From NCBI GenBank assembly GCA_963799775.1, contig CAWCYD010000003.1:384001-448000 (forward strand): a stretch of 64,000 bases of DNA, read 5' to 3'. Of this stretch, positions 1-10,295 are shown one piece after another (position 1 is the stretch's first letter; every line of letters begins with the position of its first letter). The notes beneath the pieces were generated by a model. That model did no database searches. It saw only the letters and a program-made list of their open reading frames with translations, and was not told the DNA's origin. Both the position numbers and the translations under genes were made by a program. This DNA is from an uncultured archaeon. Lineage in GTDB: Archaea > Thermoproteota > Nitrososphaeria > Nitrososphaerales > Gagatemarchaeaceae.

Positions 1-1329
1 ACGGTCATGGTCGTCGCGCCGAGCGGGAGTTCGACTTCTCTACCCTACACGTTCACGTCCGCTGGGCAGGTTGTGACCAACGTCTACGGCAGCACGACCT
101 CAGGCTTCGCCGTCGCGGTGACTCAGGCAGGCACGTACAACGTGTACGTGGAGCAGGGCTCGACGGTGGTCAGCACGGCTTCCTTCTACGCGACCAGCAA
201 GCTCTTCATCACCATGGACATGGTGACGGGAGGAACCTGCGCTTACATCCTTTCAGAGCCGAGGGGCTGGAAGTTCCTCCCTAGGTTCTACGTCTACTAT
301 GCGTCGAATCCCACCGGCACGCTCACGGGCGTAGCGGTGAACAGCACAGCGACCCCGAACTTGATTCACGACGCCAACTTTACAGTGAAGTTCACGCAAC
401 CAGACGGCAAGACGGTCACGACGGCCTCGTGGGACGCAGGAGCGCTCCTCTACAGGGGCCTAGTGCAGCCCGCTTGGAACTACACTTTCATCGGACCATG
501 GACGCCCACCGTCACAGCTAGTGACGCAGCGGGGAACTCGGGCACCTACACATACTCGTCTTCGGCTACAGGGCCATTCAGCATCACGGCCGCCACTCTC
601 TCGGCAACCACCAAGGTGATCGATGCCAATACAGGCGTGCCCGTCGCGTCGATCTACGCTGGGGAGTCCGTCACCATCAGCTCCACCATCATGTATCCCA
701 CCAATCCCGAGCCTACGTCAGGCTTCGTGACGGGTCTTGACGCCACCAATCGGGGCGGCGTGGTCAACGCCGTCGTCGGATACGGCTCTTGGAATGTCAC
801 GGCAGGAACGTTCGGTGGCGGTGCCAAGAACCCAGGCGGCGTCATAGGGACGGTGAAACTGTCCAACACCAACGGGGTCAACGGCACGTGGACAGGAACA
901 TTCTCCTTCCCGTCCACCCTCCCAACGCTTCCAGCAGGCGCGAGCTTCGCCGTGGCCATAGTCTCGTCAGACAAGGCCAATCCTCCCAACACTGGACTTC
1001 AGGTTACCAACATGGGACTAGCGCCGACTCCTGCGACGACCAGTGGCTCTCTCGTCATAACGACTTCGACGGTCACAGCCCCCCCATCCACCACCACGGT
1101 GGTGATATCGGGGACTCAAACCCTCTCTCCGGTGACTTCGACAGCAACGACAACGGCGACAGCAACGACAACGGTCACCGGGGCAGCTAGCACCGCGATC
1201 AGCACCTTGACCTCGACCATCTCGCAAGTCACGCAATCCATACCCACGGTAGCCTACGCCGGGATGATAGTCCTACTCATAGTGGGAGTAGTCGTCGGAC
1301 TTATAGTCAAGATGCCGAAGACCAAGTAG
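1..1329 (+). CDS. Secreted/surface Ser/Thr-rich protein with C-terminal membrane anchor (possibly 5'-partial)
   Basis: Frame open from base 1; beta-rich Thr/Ser/Gly sequence, Thr-rich linker, C-terminal TM helix plus basic tail (VAYAGMIVLLIVGVVVGLIVKMPKTK). Confidence 0.7.
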   Translation, partial: TVMVVAPSGSSTSLPYTFTSAGQVVTNVYGSTTSGFAVAVTQAGTYNVYVEQGSTVVSTASFYATSKLFITMDMVTGGTCAYILSEPRGWKFLPRFYVYYASNPTGTLTGVAVNSTATPNLIHDANFTVKFTQPDGKTVTTASWDAGALLYRGLVQPAWNYTFIGPWTPTVTASDAAGNSGTYTYSSSATGPFSITAATLSATTKVIDANTGVPVASIYAGESVTISSTIMYPTNPEPTSGFVTGLDATNRGGVVNAVVGYGSWNVTAGTFGGGAKNPGGVIGTVKLSNTNGVNGTWTGTFSFPSTLPTLPAGASFAVAIVSSDKANPPNTGLQVTNMGLAPTPATTSGSLVITTSTVTAPPSTTTVVISGTQTLSPVTSTATTTATATTTVTGAASTAISTLTSTISQVTQSIPTVAYAGMIVLLIVGVVVGLIVKMPKTK

Positions 1330-1338
1330 GAGAGAGAC

Positions 1339-3145
1339 TTGGTCAAAGCTGGCAATCTGGGCGTCAAGATATCGCTTGCAGCGATCTGCTTCGTACTCCT
1401 GTTCGTGGGAAGCGTCCACGCCCAAACTCAGGCGTCGGCTTCGATCTCTGTCTCGTCGTCCGCGGGAATCGTCGGGAGCAAGATTACGGTCAGTGGTTCG
1501 GGCTATCCCCCTAGCACAACCCTGCAGTTGGAATGGAACTCAGCGAACGCGAACTGGGTAGTGGCGAGCGTCCCCGGCGCTGCGGGACAGAGCCCTCCCC
1601 AGGTCACCGGCATCAACGTAGTGCCCTTCGAGAAGACCCTGGGGTCTGCCCAGACCAACGCGTCGGGCTCCTTCAGCGTTCAGATCACCACGCCCTCTGA
1701 CTTCGGCGTTCAGCATGTCATACAGGCCTACGCAGCGAATGGCACGGCGTACGCGCCAAAGGCCACCTACACGACCGAGCCTTTGTTCACCGTCTCGCCG
1801 TTGAGCGGACCCGCCGGGACTCCAATCACCATAACGGGGACGGGGTTGGGTGACGGGCTCTACTCGACGAGCTACCACGTCTACTGGGACAACAACTACG
1901 TGGGCTATGCGACCGCAATCGACTCTCAAGGGTCGACGAGCTTCACCGTATACGCGTCGGGGGTACCGGGGACGCACTTTCTCGCCATATACCAGGGATA
2001 TCCCGGTCCGGGATACCTGAACGCGGAGCAGATTCCGGTAGCAAGCCAGAGCCAGTCCTACTTCCCTCCGGGATGTGTCGTGATGGTCTCCTGCACGATT
2101 CCGTACTACGTGAATTTCACGGTCTCAGCCTCTGATCCGCCAAGCAGCAGGCACCAGCGGCTTGGCAGCTCCGGCTCGATGGCCTTCGTTCCTCTTCTGG
2201 CGGCAACAACTGCGCTCGCGGGCGGAGCTCTCTACGTGTCCAAGCAAGATCCCGAGAGACGCAAGGCCGTCAGCAGGTCTATGGCGGCAATCGTGCTCAT
2301 AGTCGTGATCGTCGTCGCAGGCGTCGCACTCTACGGCAGCATGGCGTCGAGTGGCTCTCGGAGCGCATCCACCGTCACCGCCACCACCACGGTCACCGCA
2401 ACGCCAACGACGTCTGCAACCTCCACCACCCCGATCAGCTTCACGCCTGTCGCCTCCATCGACAGGCCGCAGATAACAGTCCCAGTGTATAACACCGCGA
2501 CGACGGGCCCTCGGATAACCGTCACTCCAGAAATAGTCTCGGTGGGACAGACGATAAACGTCACCGGGCAAGGCTTCGCACCGAACACCCAGCTCCCGAT
2601 AACCTGGTCGACTAGACAAGGGAGCAACCTTCTAGGCTATAAGCTGGTCGCGCTCCCGCTGAAGACCGTGACCACGGACAGCAACGGAGCGTTCACCTTC
2701 GCACAGAAGGTTCACTCCGACGTCGGGGGGATCCACTTCGTGGCGGCCGGCAACCTGACCGAGAACTCGAACGGGACAGTGTTCCTGCAGAGGACCGGGA
2801 CCATTAGCGCGACGCAAGGGCCCGCCAGGGACCAAGATAGTGATCTCCTTCGTCGGGATCGGATGGGACTACAACACGAACATCATGACCGTCGACTACG
2901 ACAACTCGTACGTCGGCTATGGGTGCGGCTTCAACACTGGCGGTAACACTACCATCACCATATTCGCCGCGGGCGCACCCGGAGTGCACAACATCGACAT
3001 CTATCCGTCGATCTGGTGGGGTAATTCAGGTCCCACGGCCCAGCAGGTGACGATCTATAGGTACCCGATCTTGACGCCTCAGGACCACCCAGAGCTGATG
3101 CCTTCGTTCCACTTCACCTTCCTCATCACGGGCGGGACCGCATAG
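1339..3145 (+). CDS. Membrane-anchored Ig-like (IPT/TIG-type) repeat protein, frameshift near 2826
   Basis: Signal peptide; repeated Ig-like modules (GPAGTPITITGTG; YWDNNYVG echoed by DYDNSYVG); ORFs 1339-2946 and 2840-3145 join through a 1-nt shift. Confidence 0.6.
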
Positions 3146-3222
3146 CGGCGGAGGCGGATTGTTGACGTGATGATGTCGTCAGACCACTCTCAAGAATCTG
3201 CGGCACGGCTTGGGGACAACCA

Positions 3223-4032
3223 ATGACCGCGAACGAAGAGGACGAGTCGAAGAAAGCGGCCCCTCCTCCGGGCGACCGCAGCATCACCCGGAGGAACCTG
3301 TTGCGCGCAGGTCTCACGTTGGGTCTGATTTCGATGGTCGCGGGCATCTCCTCCGTCGCCAAGTCGCTCTTCTCTCCAGCGAATCCTCCTTCTCCGCTCG
3401 AAGCGCAGACCTCCACGCCCACCGTAACGAAGACCAAGACCTCGACCGTCACCGTCACGCAGGGAGGGGGGAACCAGACGGCCTCGGCCTCCTCAAGCGC
3501 TTCCTCGTCAGCGACCAGTGAGACCACTTCGACGTCGAGCACTTCGACCACCTCCTCGCCCTTCCCTCAGCTGGACATAGCCAACATCAGCAGTCTGGTC
3601 GTGTCCCAGCCCATATCGTTCAACTACCCGCTGGAGGAGACGCCGAACATCCTGGTGAAGCTCGGCGTGAAGGCAGAAGGGGGGGTCGGGCCGGACGGGG
3701 ACATCGTAGCTTACAGCGTGGTCTGCCAGCATCTTGGGTGCATCTTCGGTTTCGTCGCCAAGGGCGACGCCCCCGCATGCGAGAGCGACTACACCGCCGC
3801 CGGACCGATAGGCTACTGCTGCTGCCATGGGAGCGTCTACGACTTTCTAAACGGCGCCAAGGTAACCGACGGTCCTGCACCACGGGCGGTACCCCAGGTA
3901 ACCCTCTCGATCGACGACTCAGGCGAGATATGGGCGGTGGGCATGGGCCCGCCGACAATCTTCGGGCACAACACAGGCTCAAACGACGTCCTGGACGACC
4001 TGCAGGGGGGAACCGTAGTGAGTGGTCAATAG
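3223..4032 (+). CDS. Tat-exported Rieske [2Fe-2S] protein (SoxL/AioB-like)
   Basis: TRRNLL twin-arginine motif; Rieske boxes CQHLGC and CCCHGS. Confidence 0.9.
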   Translation: MTANEEDESKKAAPPPGDRSITRRNLLRAGLTLGLISMVAGISSVAKSLFSPANPPSPLEAQTSTPTVTKTKTSTVTVTQGGGNQTASASSSASSSATSETTSTSSTSTTSSPFPQLDIANISSLVVSQPISFNYPLEETPNILVKLGVKAEGGVGPDGDIVAYSVVCQHLGCIFGFVAKGDAPACESDYTAAGPIGYCCCHGSVYDFLNGAKVTDGPAPRAVPQVTLSIDDSGEIWAVGMGPPTIFGHNTGSNDVLDDLQGGTVVSGQ

Positions 4033-4033
4033 A

Positions 4034-5600
4034 ATGTCGGAGCAAGAGGAGGAGAAGAAGAACCCAAGCCGCTTCCATCCATCAGAGGAGGCCGCGCCTC
4101 ACGAGCGCCTCTTGGCAAGGACGGTCCACTGGTTCGACGACAGGCTGGGCCTTTCACACGAGATGTTTCGCCCTGCGCCGGCCTACTCCGTCAACCCGTT
4201 CTACTGGCTCGGGGCTCTGGCGGTTGTCGCCTTCGGGATTCAGGCGGTCACCGGCATGATGATGATGATCTACTACATCCCCACGCCCGCGCAGGCGTAC
4301 TCCTCCACCCTCTACATCTTCGAGAATGTGAGTTATGGGCGGTTCCTCGAGACCGTGCACCTCTACACCGCCTACGCGATGATCATGCTCGCGTTCATGC
4401 ACATGATGAGGGGTTACTTTGTCTCGGTCCACAAGAAGCCGCACGAGCTGATGTGGGTGACCGGGATGGTCATGGGGTTCGTCACGCTGGGGTTCGGATT
4501 CACCGGGTACCTTCTTCCCTGGACCGTCGTCTCCAAATCGGCGACCGACGTCGGGATTGGAATGATGTCCGCCCTGCCGCAGCCCCTGTCTAACTTCATC
4601 CAGTTCCTCATCGTCGGCGGAGGGACGGACTCGGGGACCATGCTGAGGTTCTTCGACCTCCACGTCGTCGTGCTCCCCGCCGTCCTCGTGATTCTCCTCG
4701 CCGCCAAGATGTACATGCTCGAGGCGCACGGCGTGTCTGAGCCGGTGACAGGCCCTGTACCGCTGCCGGGGAAGAAGAGGAAGCTGATCCCGATCTTCCC
4801 TGACCTCACGTTCTATCTCCTCGAGCTCGCAGCCTTGTTCGGCGTGGCGATATTCCTCATCTCCGTGGCGTTCCCGCTGACCCTTCCGCCGCAGTACACC
4901 CCGACCTTGGCCGCCCAGTCCACCCCGCAGCCCGACTGGTACTTCCTCTGGGTCTACCAGGTGCTGAAGATCGCGGTCTTCGAGGGGCCGGGGCTCACCG
5001 TCGCGCTCACGCTGATCTCGCTGGTGTTCGTGGCGCTGATCGTCCTTCCCTTCATTGACAGGGGGACGACGCGAAGGATTGCGTCGAGGAGGAACTTCGT
5101 GACCCTGGGACTGATCTTCGTTGCAGAGGTAGCCGTGCTGACGGTTTGGGGGTACAAGACGCCTGGCAAGATCATACCCAACGAGCAGGCCTTGCTCGTT
5201 CTGGGCGGCACCGCGCTGCTCGTGGCTCTGGTCTCCGCAGGGATGTACAGGGTCATCTTCAGGGGGCTTCCAAAGGGAACTTCTGCGCCGGGCATGTCGC
5301 CGGCTACTTCCGGAGCCCCGTATGCGACCAGGGCGTTCAATTCTGCTGCCCTGTGGACCGCCTCCAGCTTCGTCATCCTGCTGACCTTGGGGACGTTCGG
5401 CATCGGCGGCACCCTGGCATGCGGGGTCAACCTGATAATGCAGGGCGCTACCCCGGCGATACTGACCTCCTTGGCAGAGTCGCTCGTGGAGCTCTCGGTA
5501 GCAGTGGCGGGATCCGTCTACCTTCTCTATAGGCTGAGACCTCGGGACAGGGTCCATCAAGCGGCGCGTGAAGGCACTCGAGGTCGGATGGAGCTCATGA
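4034..5600 (+). CDS. Cytochrome b of a Rieske/cytb complex (SoxN/PetB-like), probable frameshift near 5533
   Basis: Heme-ligand His residues, GFTGYLLPW, QPDWYFLW (PEWY-like); the shifted frame ends LDLGTGSIKRRVKALEVGWSS* with TGA overlapping the next ATG. Confidence 0.85.
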
Positions 5601-5869
5601 CAGAACTAGACGAGCGGGTCGGCCTCCGGGTGGTGGGGCTGCTCTTGGTGGTTGCGTTCGCGACCGTAATAGGCCTATGGACCTTGGACACCTCCGCGGT
5701 GGCCGGCGAGTCTCTATACGCAATCTACGTCTCGATAGACCTCATATGCTTCGCCATGATCGCATACATCTACAGGAAGAGCAATGCAGGTGAGAGCGTC
5801 GGACGCATCCCACTGCTCGCCGGGTGCTGCATGATGCTCATCCTAATCTTCTCCGGGTTCGCTGTGTAG
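5597..5869 (+). CDS. Small 3-TM membrane protein, possible Rieske/cytb accessory subunit
   Basis: ATGA overlap with the corrected cytb stop; three hydrophobic segments. Confidence 0.55.
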   Translation: MTELDERVGLRVVGLLLVVAFATVIGLWTLDTSAVAGESLYAIYVSIDLICFAMIAYIYRKSNAGESVGRIPLLAGCCMMLILIFSGFAV

Positions 5870-6095
5870 GGCTCCAGAGAAGGACCGCGCGGCCAAAGCT
5901 GAGGGTACCACAGATAGGCTCCATTGTCTTGCTCGAGAGCTGAGGTTCTCTGTCGCGCCACGGTACCCGGCCGCGGCGCACCCAGGGAGCGCCAAGCTCC
6001 GCCCGCAAACCGGTTATGTGATTGTGCGCGCAAATGCGCGCATCCGCACGGATGCGCTTATACCGGACCGCAACTCTGTAAATTTAGTGACATCG

Positions 6096-6576
6096 ATGGA
6101 AGTGCAAGAGAGACAGATGGACGAGCTGTTCTGGCACCAGTTCTGGAAGGACTTCCCTGCTGCCACCGACTACTTTTCGCCGGCGATCAAGGCGTTGCAG
6201 GACTACCTGGGATTTGGGTCGAAAGACATACTCCGATCGCTGGGCGAGATGATGGGCCGCAAGGTCGTGGAGAGGTGCCCCGCACATGAACATGACGGAG
6301 ATGCTATCTGAGCTTTCCAGAATCTGGGAGAGCATGGATATCGGGCACTTGAAGGTCGTAAGCCAGGATCCGCTGACATTGGAAGTGTCCAACTGCATGA
6401 TCTGTGGGCAACTGGCGGGGTCGGGCGGGATGTACGAGTGCTCGTTTCACGAGGGCTTCTTCCACGGGGTGCTGACCAGCTGCATGCAGAGAGACGTCCA
6501 GGTACATCAGGACACGAACTTCGAGGGCGACGCAGGGACCTGGTGCAGGAGATTCGTCACAGATATCAGGCCTTGA
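6096..6576 (+). CDS. V4R-domain protein, frameshift near 6280
   Basis: ORFs 6018-6311 and 6286-6576 join; V4R-like C-x2-C, C-x-FHEGFFHG and C-terminal C-x2-F. Confidence 0.7.
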
Positions 6577-6868
6577 GAGATGCCTAACGCTAGCGCCGAG
6601 CCGAAGCCGCAGAGGTCAGATAGACACGGAAGAGAAATGCATTTGTTGTGAAGTCGACGCCAACCGAGGCGACGGCCTTCGATGTTGGGTGTGCGAGTGC
6701 GAAGCAAGCAAGAATAGCGTCTGAGAAGCTGTCGGCCATTTTCGGCCGATAGTCAGTTTAAAGGTTCTTCGTGATTGGGCGACTCGATATTTCATCATGG
6801 CCGTTGACGACGCTCTGCAATCTCAACGATTAGCGGTTTAATACGTCGCCAAGCCCTACTGGCCCACA

Positions 6869-7387
6869 ATGACATCTTCGCTGATGGATCTCTCCACCGT
6901 CCTTGGCATCGCAGGCTTCAGCGTAAGCGTTCTCGTCGCAGAGGAGCTGATCAGTTTCGTGGTGCGCCGTGCGGCGAAGAAGGCCCGCGCAGACCTCACC
7001 GTCCAGAGGGACCTGGGGACTGGCATGAGGCTGATTGCCGTGCTCCTGATAGTCTCGGACATACTCAGCGCTTCCGGGCTCTCATCGCTCTTCGCGACGC
7101 TCACGATCTCTGGCATCCTCGCCGTTGCCGTCTCCCTAGCCCTGCAGAGCACCCTCGCGAACGTGATCTCAGGCCTCCTCCTCTTCAGCGACGGCGTTCT
7201 GAGGCTCGGCGACACAATAGAGTACAGCAGCGCCAAGGGGAAGGTCGTCCGGATAGGACTGAGAAACACTTGGATAAAGACTGAGCCAGGGCACATCGTC
7301 GTCGTGAGCAACTCCTCCCTCTCGAGCGGGCCTCTGGTCAATCTCACAGCCACGGAGCGGCTCTCGAAGCGCTACGCGTTCGAGTGA
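6869..7387 (+). CDS. Small-conductance mechanosensitive channel (short MscS family)
   Basis: LALQSTLANVISGLLL...LRLGDTIE...GKVVRIGLRNT MscS signature. Confidence 0.85.
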   Translation: MTSSLMDLSTVLGIAGFSVSVLVAEELISFVVRRAAKKARADLTVQRDLGTGMRLIAVLLIVSDILSASGLSSLFATLTISGILAVAVSLALQSTLANVISGLLLFSDGVLRLGDTIEYSSAKGKVVRIGLRNTWIKTEPGHIVVVSNSSLSSGPLVNLTATERLSKRYAFE

Positions 7388-7397
7388 GCCCGCGACC

Positions 7398-8393
7398 TCA
7401 TTCGGGCCTGAACTGGTACGTGGGCAGCGCCAGGTCGGAGATGTCGACGATGATGCTCGCGACCCTTTCCAATAGGGTGAGGAGGTCGACCATCATCCCA
7501 GTCGATGCCCCCCTCATCCCGACCATCTCCTTTGAGAGTTCCCCTAGTCGTTCGCGCATCGCGGCGACATCCGTGTGCGTCTTCTTGGGCTGGACCCGCC
7601 TCCTGGCCAAGAACGAAGAGATCGCCACTTCGCCCATCTTCTCGAGCGTTCCAAGAAACTCCACTAGCTGGACGGATACCTCCTCCAGCTCCTCTCGGGC
7701 CGCCCTCTTGGAGAAGTCGGCGACTGCGTCTCCGAGACTCTCGAGATAGCTTGCTAGGACCCGGAAGTCTAGGCACTCTATGGGGGCAAGCTTGTATCTC
7801 TCTGCGACCTCAGGGTCGATCGTCGCCGTCCTGATCGTCCTGACGAGCAGGAAATACAACCTGTCTACCTCGTCGTCCCTCTCGTCGACGGTCCCCAAGA
7901 GGGCGCGGTCTTGTCGGATTCCCTCTGCCGAGTCCCTGAGCATGCCTGCAATCAGGCTCCCCATTCGCCTCACTATCTTCTCAGGGTCGAGGGCCGCCGG
8001 GTCTGGAAGGAACTGCATCGTCATGCTCTTCGCATCCTCGTCGACCACCTCTAGTCCCACGAGCCTCGTGACGGCCGACTTGAGCCTCGTCCTGTCCTCT
8101 CTCGTTATCATCGACTTACCGGCCACCCGTATCGCGTTGCTCCCCATCAGGTAGGCGCCGGTCACGTCGTTGGTGACGTATGTGATGCTCTCTCGTGGAT
8201 ACTCTATCACAACCTCGTCCCTCGCGTCGTCCCGCTGGTTCTCTTCTATGGGCTTCACGACCAGCCTCCGGGGCGAGATCTCCTCGACGACGACGCTCGA
8301 GCCGCGCACCACGCCATTCCTCTTGGCCCAATTCTTGGGAAGCGAGATCAAGACGGTCCCTCCGCCCATCTCAAGCACCTTTCTGGTGTCCAC
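7398..8393 (-). CDS. phoU: AbrB-PhoU phosphate uptake regulator
   Basis: N-terminal AbrB domain (RKVLEMGGGTVLISLPKNW); PhoU motifs DDEVDRLY and LESLGD. Confidence 0.85.
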   Translation of the reverse strand: MDTRKVLEMGGGTVLISLPKNWAKRNGVVRGSSVVVEEISPRRLVVKPIEENQRDDARDEVVIEYPRESITYVTNDVTGAYLMGSNAIRVAGKSMITREDRTRLKSAVTRLVGLEVVDEDAKSMTMQFLPDPAALDPEKIVRRMGSLIAGMLRDSAEGIRQDRALLGTVDERDDEVDRLYFLLVRTIRTATIDPEVAERYKLAPIECLDFRVLASYLESLGDAVADFSKRAAREELEEVSVQLVEFLGTLEKMGEVAISSFLARRRVQPKKTHTDVAAMRERLGELSKEMVGMRGASTGMMVDLLTLLERVASIIVDISDLALPTYQFRPE

Positions 8394-8395
8394 AG

Positions 8396-8437
8396 AAATC
8401 TATAGCTCTATAGATTATTTATAGATTATCTTGATAA
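8396..8437. promoter_or_regulatory. Divergent promoter with repeated (T)CTATAG(A) boxes
   Basis: AT-rich AATCTATAGCTCTATAGATTATTTATAGATT between divergent genes. Confidence 0.45.
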
Positions 8438-8465
8438 ATTGACCACCCTTGAGACCCAAAGGCAC

Positions 8466-9283
8466 ATGTTCCCTGTGAACGCCAAGCCTACGGCCGCCGG
8501 GAAGGTAGCCCTGATCGCCATAACTGCCGCGTTATACGCGGTCGCGAAGGGCCTCACGGCCTTCATCCCCACTCCTTTTGGCGTCGGTCAGTTCCTCCTC
8601 TTCATCTTCGTCCCTGCCTTCTTTGCGATAGTTGGCGACACCCTCTCTGCCGCCATCGGGGCCGCGATAGGCACTTTCCTCGGCGACACGATCTTCCTGA
8701 CGCCCTTGGGTCAGACCAATCCCGCGCTGTCCCTCGTCTCAGGCGTCCCGGCCAACTTCATCGCGTTCCTCCTCTACGGATACCTGGTCAAGAAATACAA
8801 GTCGTGGCCCGCCTTCATCTCCAGCACCGTCCTCTGCATCACGCTCGGAAACCTGATTGCGGGCGCCCTGGTCGTGGAATTCGCGGCGCAGGTCTTCCTT
8901 CCGGCCTTCTCAGCCACCGTCGCCCACTACGGGGTCTTGACCCTGGTCCTTGGGTTCACCCTCTTCTGGACCGGCACGATGGTCCCAGCAGTTGTGATCG
9001 CGATACCTCTCCTCTTGAGGGTCGTCAGGCCGCTGGCCGGGCGCTCGAGCATCTTGTCATACTACCCATCGTGGTCGAACTACGAGGTGAGGAGCATATT
9101 GCCAGCGACCCTGGCTTACGCCATAGCTTTCATCGTCATCGCCGCGGGCTTCTTCATCCTCCAGTTCAACGTCCTCCAGGGCTGGTCTGTAATAGGAAGT
9201 TGGATCCTGGTGGCCGGAGTCGTGCTCGCGATAGTGGGCCTGTCGCAGGCCTCTTGGCTGGGGCCAACAAGCCAGGCTACTAG
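8466..9283 (+). CDS. ECF-transporter S-component-like membrane protein, probable frameshift near 9240
   Basis: Multi-TM; AAIGAAIGTFLGD motif; shifted frame ends GPVAGLLAGANKPGY* two bases before the next gene. Confidence 0.6.
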
Positions 9284-9284
9284 A

Positions 9285-10223
9285 TTGCAAGCCAGAACGG
9301 CTCTCGCGTTCGCTCCCGCCGTGATCTCGAACTTCTTTGCGATTCACAACGAGGGCCTCTCTATGAGCCCGCCCGACCTTTCCCGCGTGGGCGCGACCGG
9401 AGGCGGGTTCACCCTCTCGAAGGGGGTCTACTCCCACACGAGGGTCGTGCCTAGCTCCTCTCCCGCAATCTCGGTCGCCGTCAACGGCGACGCCAACTAC
9501 CCTGCCGCCACGACCAGAAAGGCCATAGAGCTGCTAATGAAAGGGACCCGACAGGCCCCTCACCTCGTCGAGCTCATTCAAACCGTGGAGGTCCCGATAG
9601 GTGCGGGGTTCGGCAGCAGCTCAGCATCGGCGCTGTCCGCGGTGATGGCCGTCGCCTCCGCCCTCGGGCTGGGCCTGACCAAAGAGCGCGTCGCCTCATT
9701 CGCCCACGAGGCCGACATCGTGCGCCACACGGGGCTCGGGACCGTCTCCTCCACCTACAACCAGTCGGGGGCCGCGCTCATCATCAGGCCCGGCGGCCCG
9801 GGCGTCGCCGAACTCAGGAGCGTCAAAGTGCCTGAGGGGGTGCGCGTCATCACCGCGTGCCTGTCCCGCAAGGCAAAGGCGAACCTGCTCTCCTCGAAGC
9901 GGATGCAGACGAAGGTCAACGCCTTGGGAGACGCAGCCCTCCAGAGTGCCTCCGACCTCAGCCTGGAGAGCCTCCTGGCTGCCGGTCATGAGTTCGCCGA
10001 GAGACTGGGGATAATGACCCGGGCGGTCGAACATCTCGTCTCGGCAGCCCTGGAGAACGGGGCGATCGGGGCCAGCCAGAACATGGTCGGGAACTCCATG
10101 CACGCGGTCGTGAGGGACAAGGACCTGGACCGCATCTCTGGGATAATGCAAAACATCTCGAAGAAGGCGACGATCGACTCCTTCCGAATCGGCGGGCGAA
10201 CCGCCCGCGTCTTAGATGAATAA
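9285..10223 (+). CDS. Pantoate kinase (GHMP family)
   Basis: AFAPAVISNFF start, GATGGG, VPIGAGFGSSSASA GHMP motif, ASQNMVGNS. Confidence 0.85.
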   Translation: MQARTALAFAPAVISNFFAIHNEGLSMSPPDLSRVGATGGGFTLSKGVYSHTRVVPSSSPAISVAVNGDANYPAATTRKAIELLMKGTRQAPHLVELIQTVEVPIGAGFGSSSASALSAVMAVASALGLGLTKERVASFAHEADIVRHTGLGTVSSTYNQSGAALIIRPGGPGVAELRSVKVPEGVRVITACLSRKAKANLLSSKRMQTKVNALGDAALQSASDLSLESLLAAGHEFAERLGIMTRAVEHLVSAALENGAIGASQNMVGNSMHAVVRDKDLDRISGIMQNISKKATIDSFRIGGRTARVLDE

Positions 10224-10295
10224 TCATCAGATTTCTTCAAGCTTAGGCTTATATGCGCCTCCCGTCAGCAGGATAAGACAGCCGGAGTCTGCAGA

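Noticed and set aside
4022-5869. 615-aa cytochrome b with extra C-terminal helices
   Set aside because: A probable frameshift near 5533 fuses cytb to the next gene; the ATGA overlap at 5597-5600 indicates two genes
6577-6868. Intergenic region as an ncRNA or small gene
   Set aside because: No convincing C/D boxes, cloverleaf or coding signal
8439-10223. Apparent transporter-pantoate kinase fusion (594 aa)
   Set aside because: One missing base near 9240 explains it; the alternative frame ends at TAG 9281-83, just before the kinase TTG at 9285
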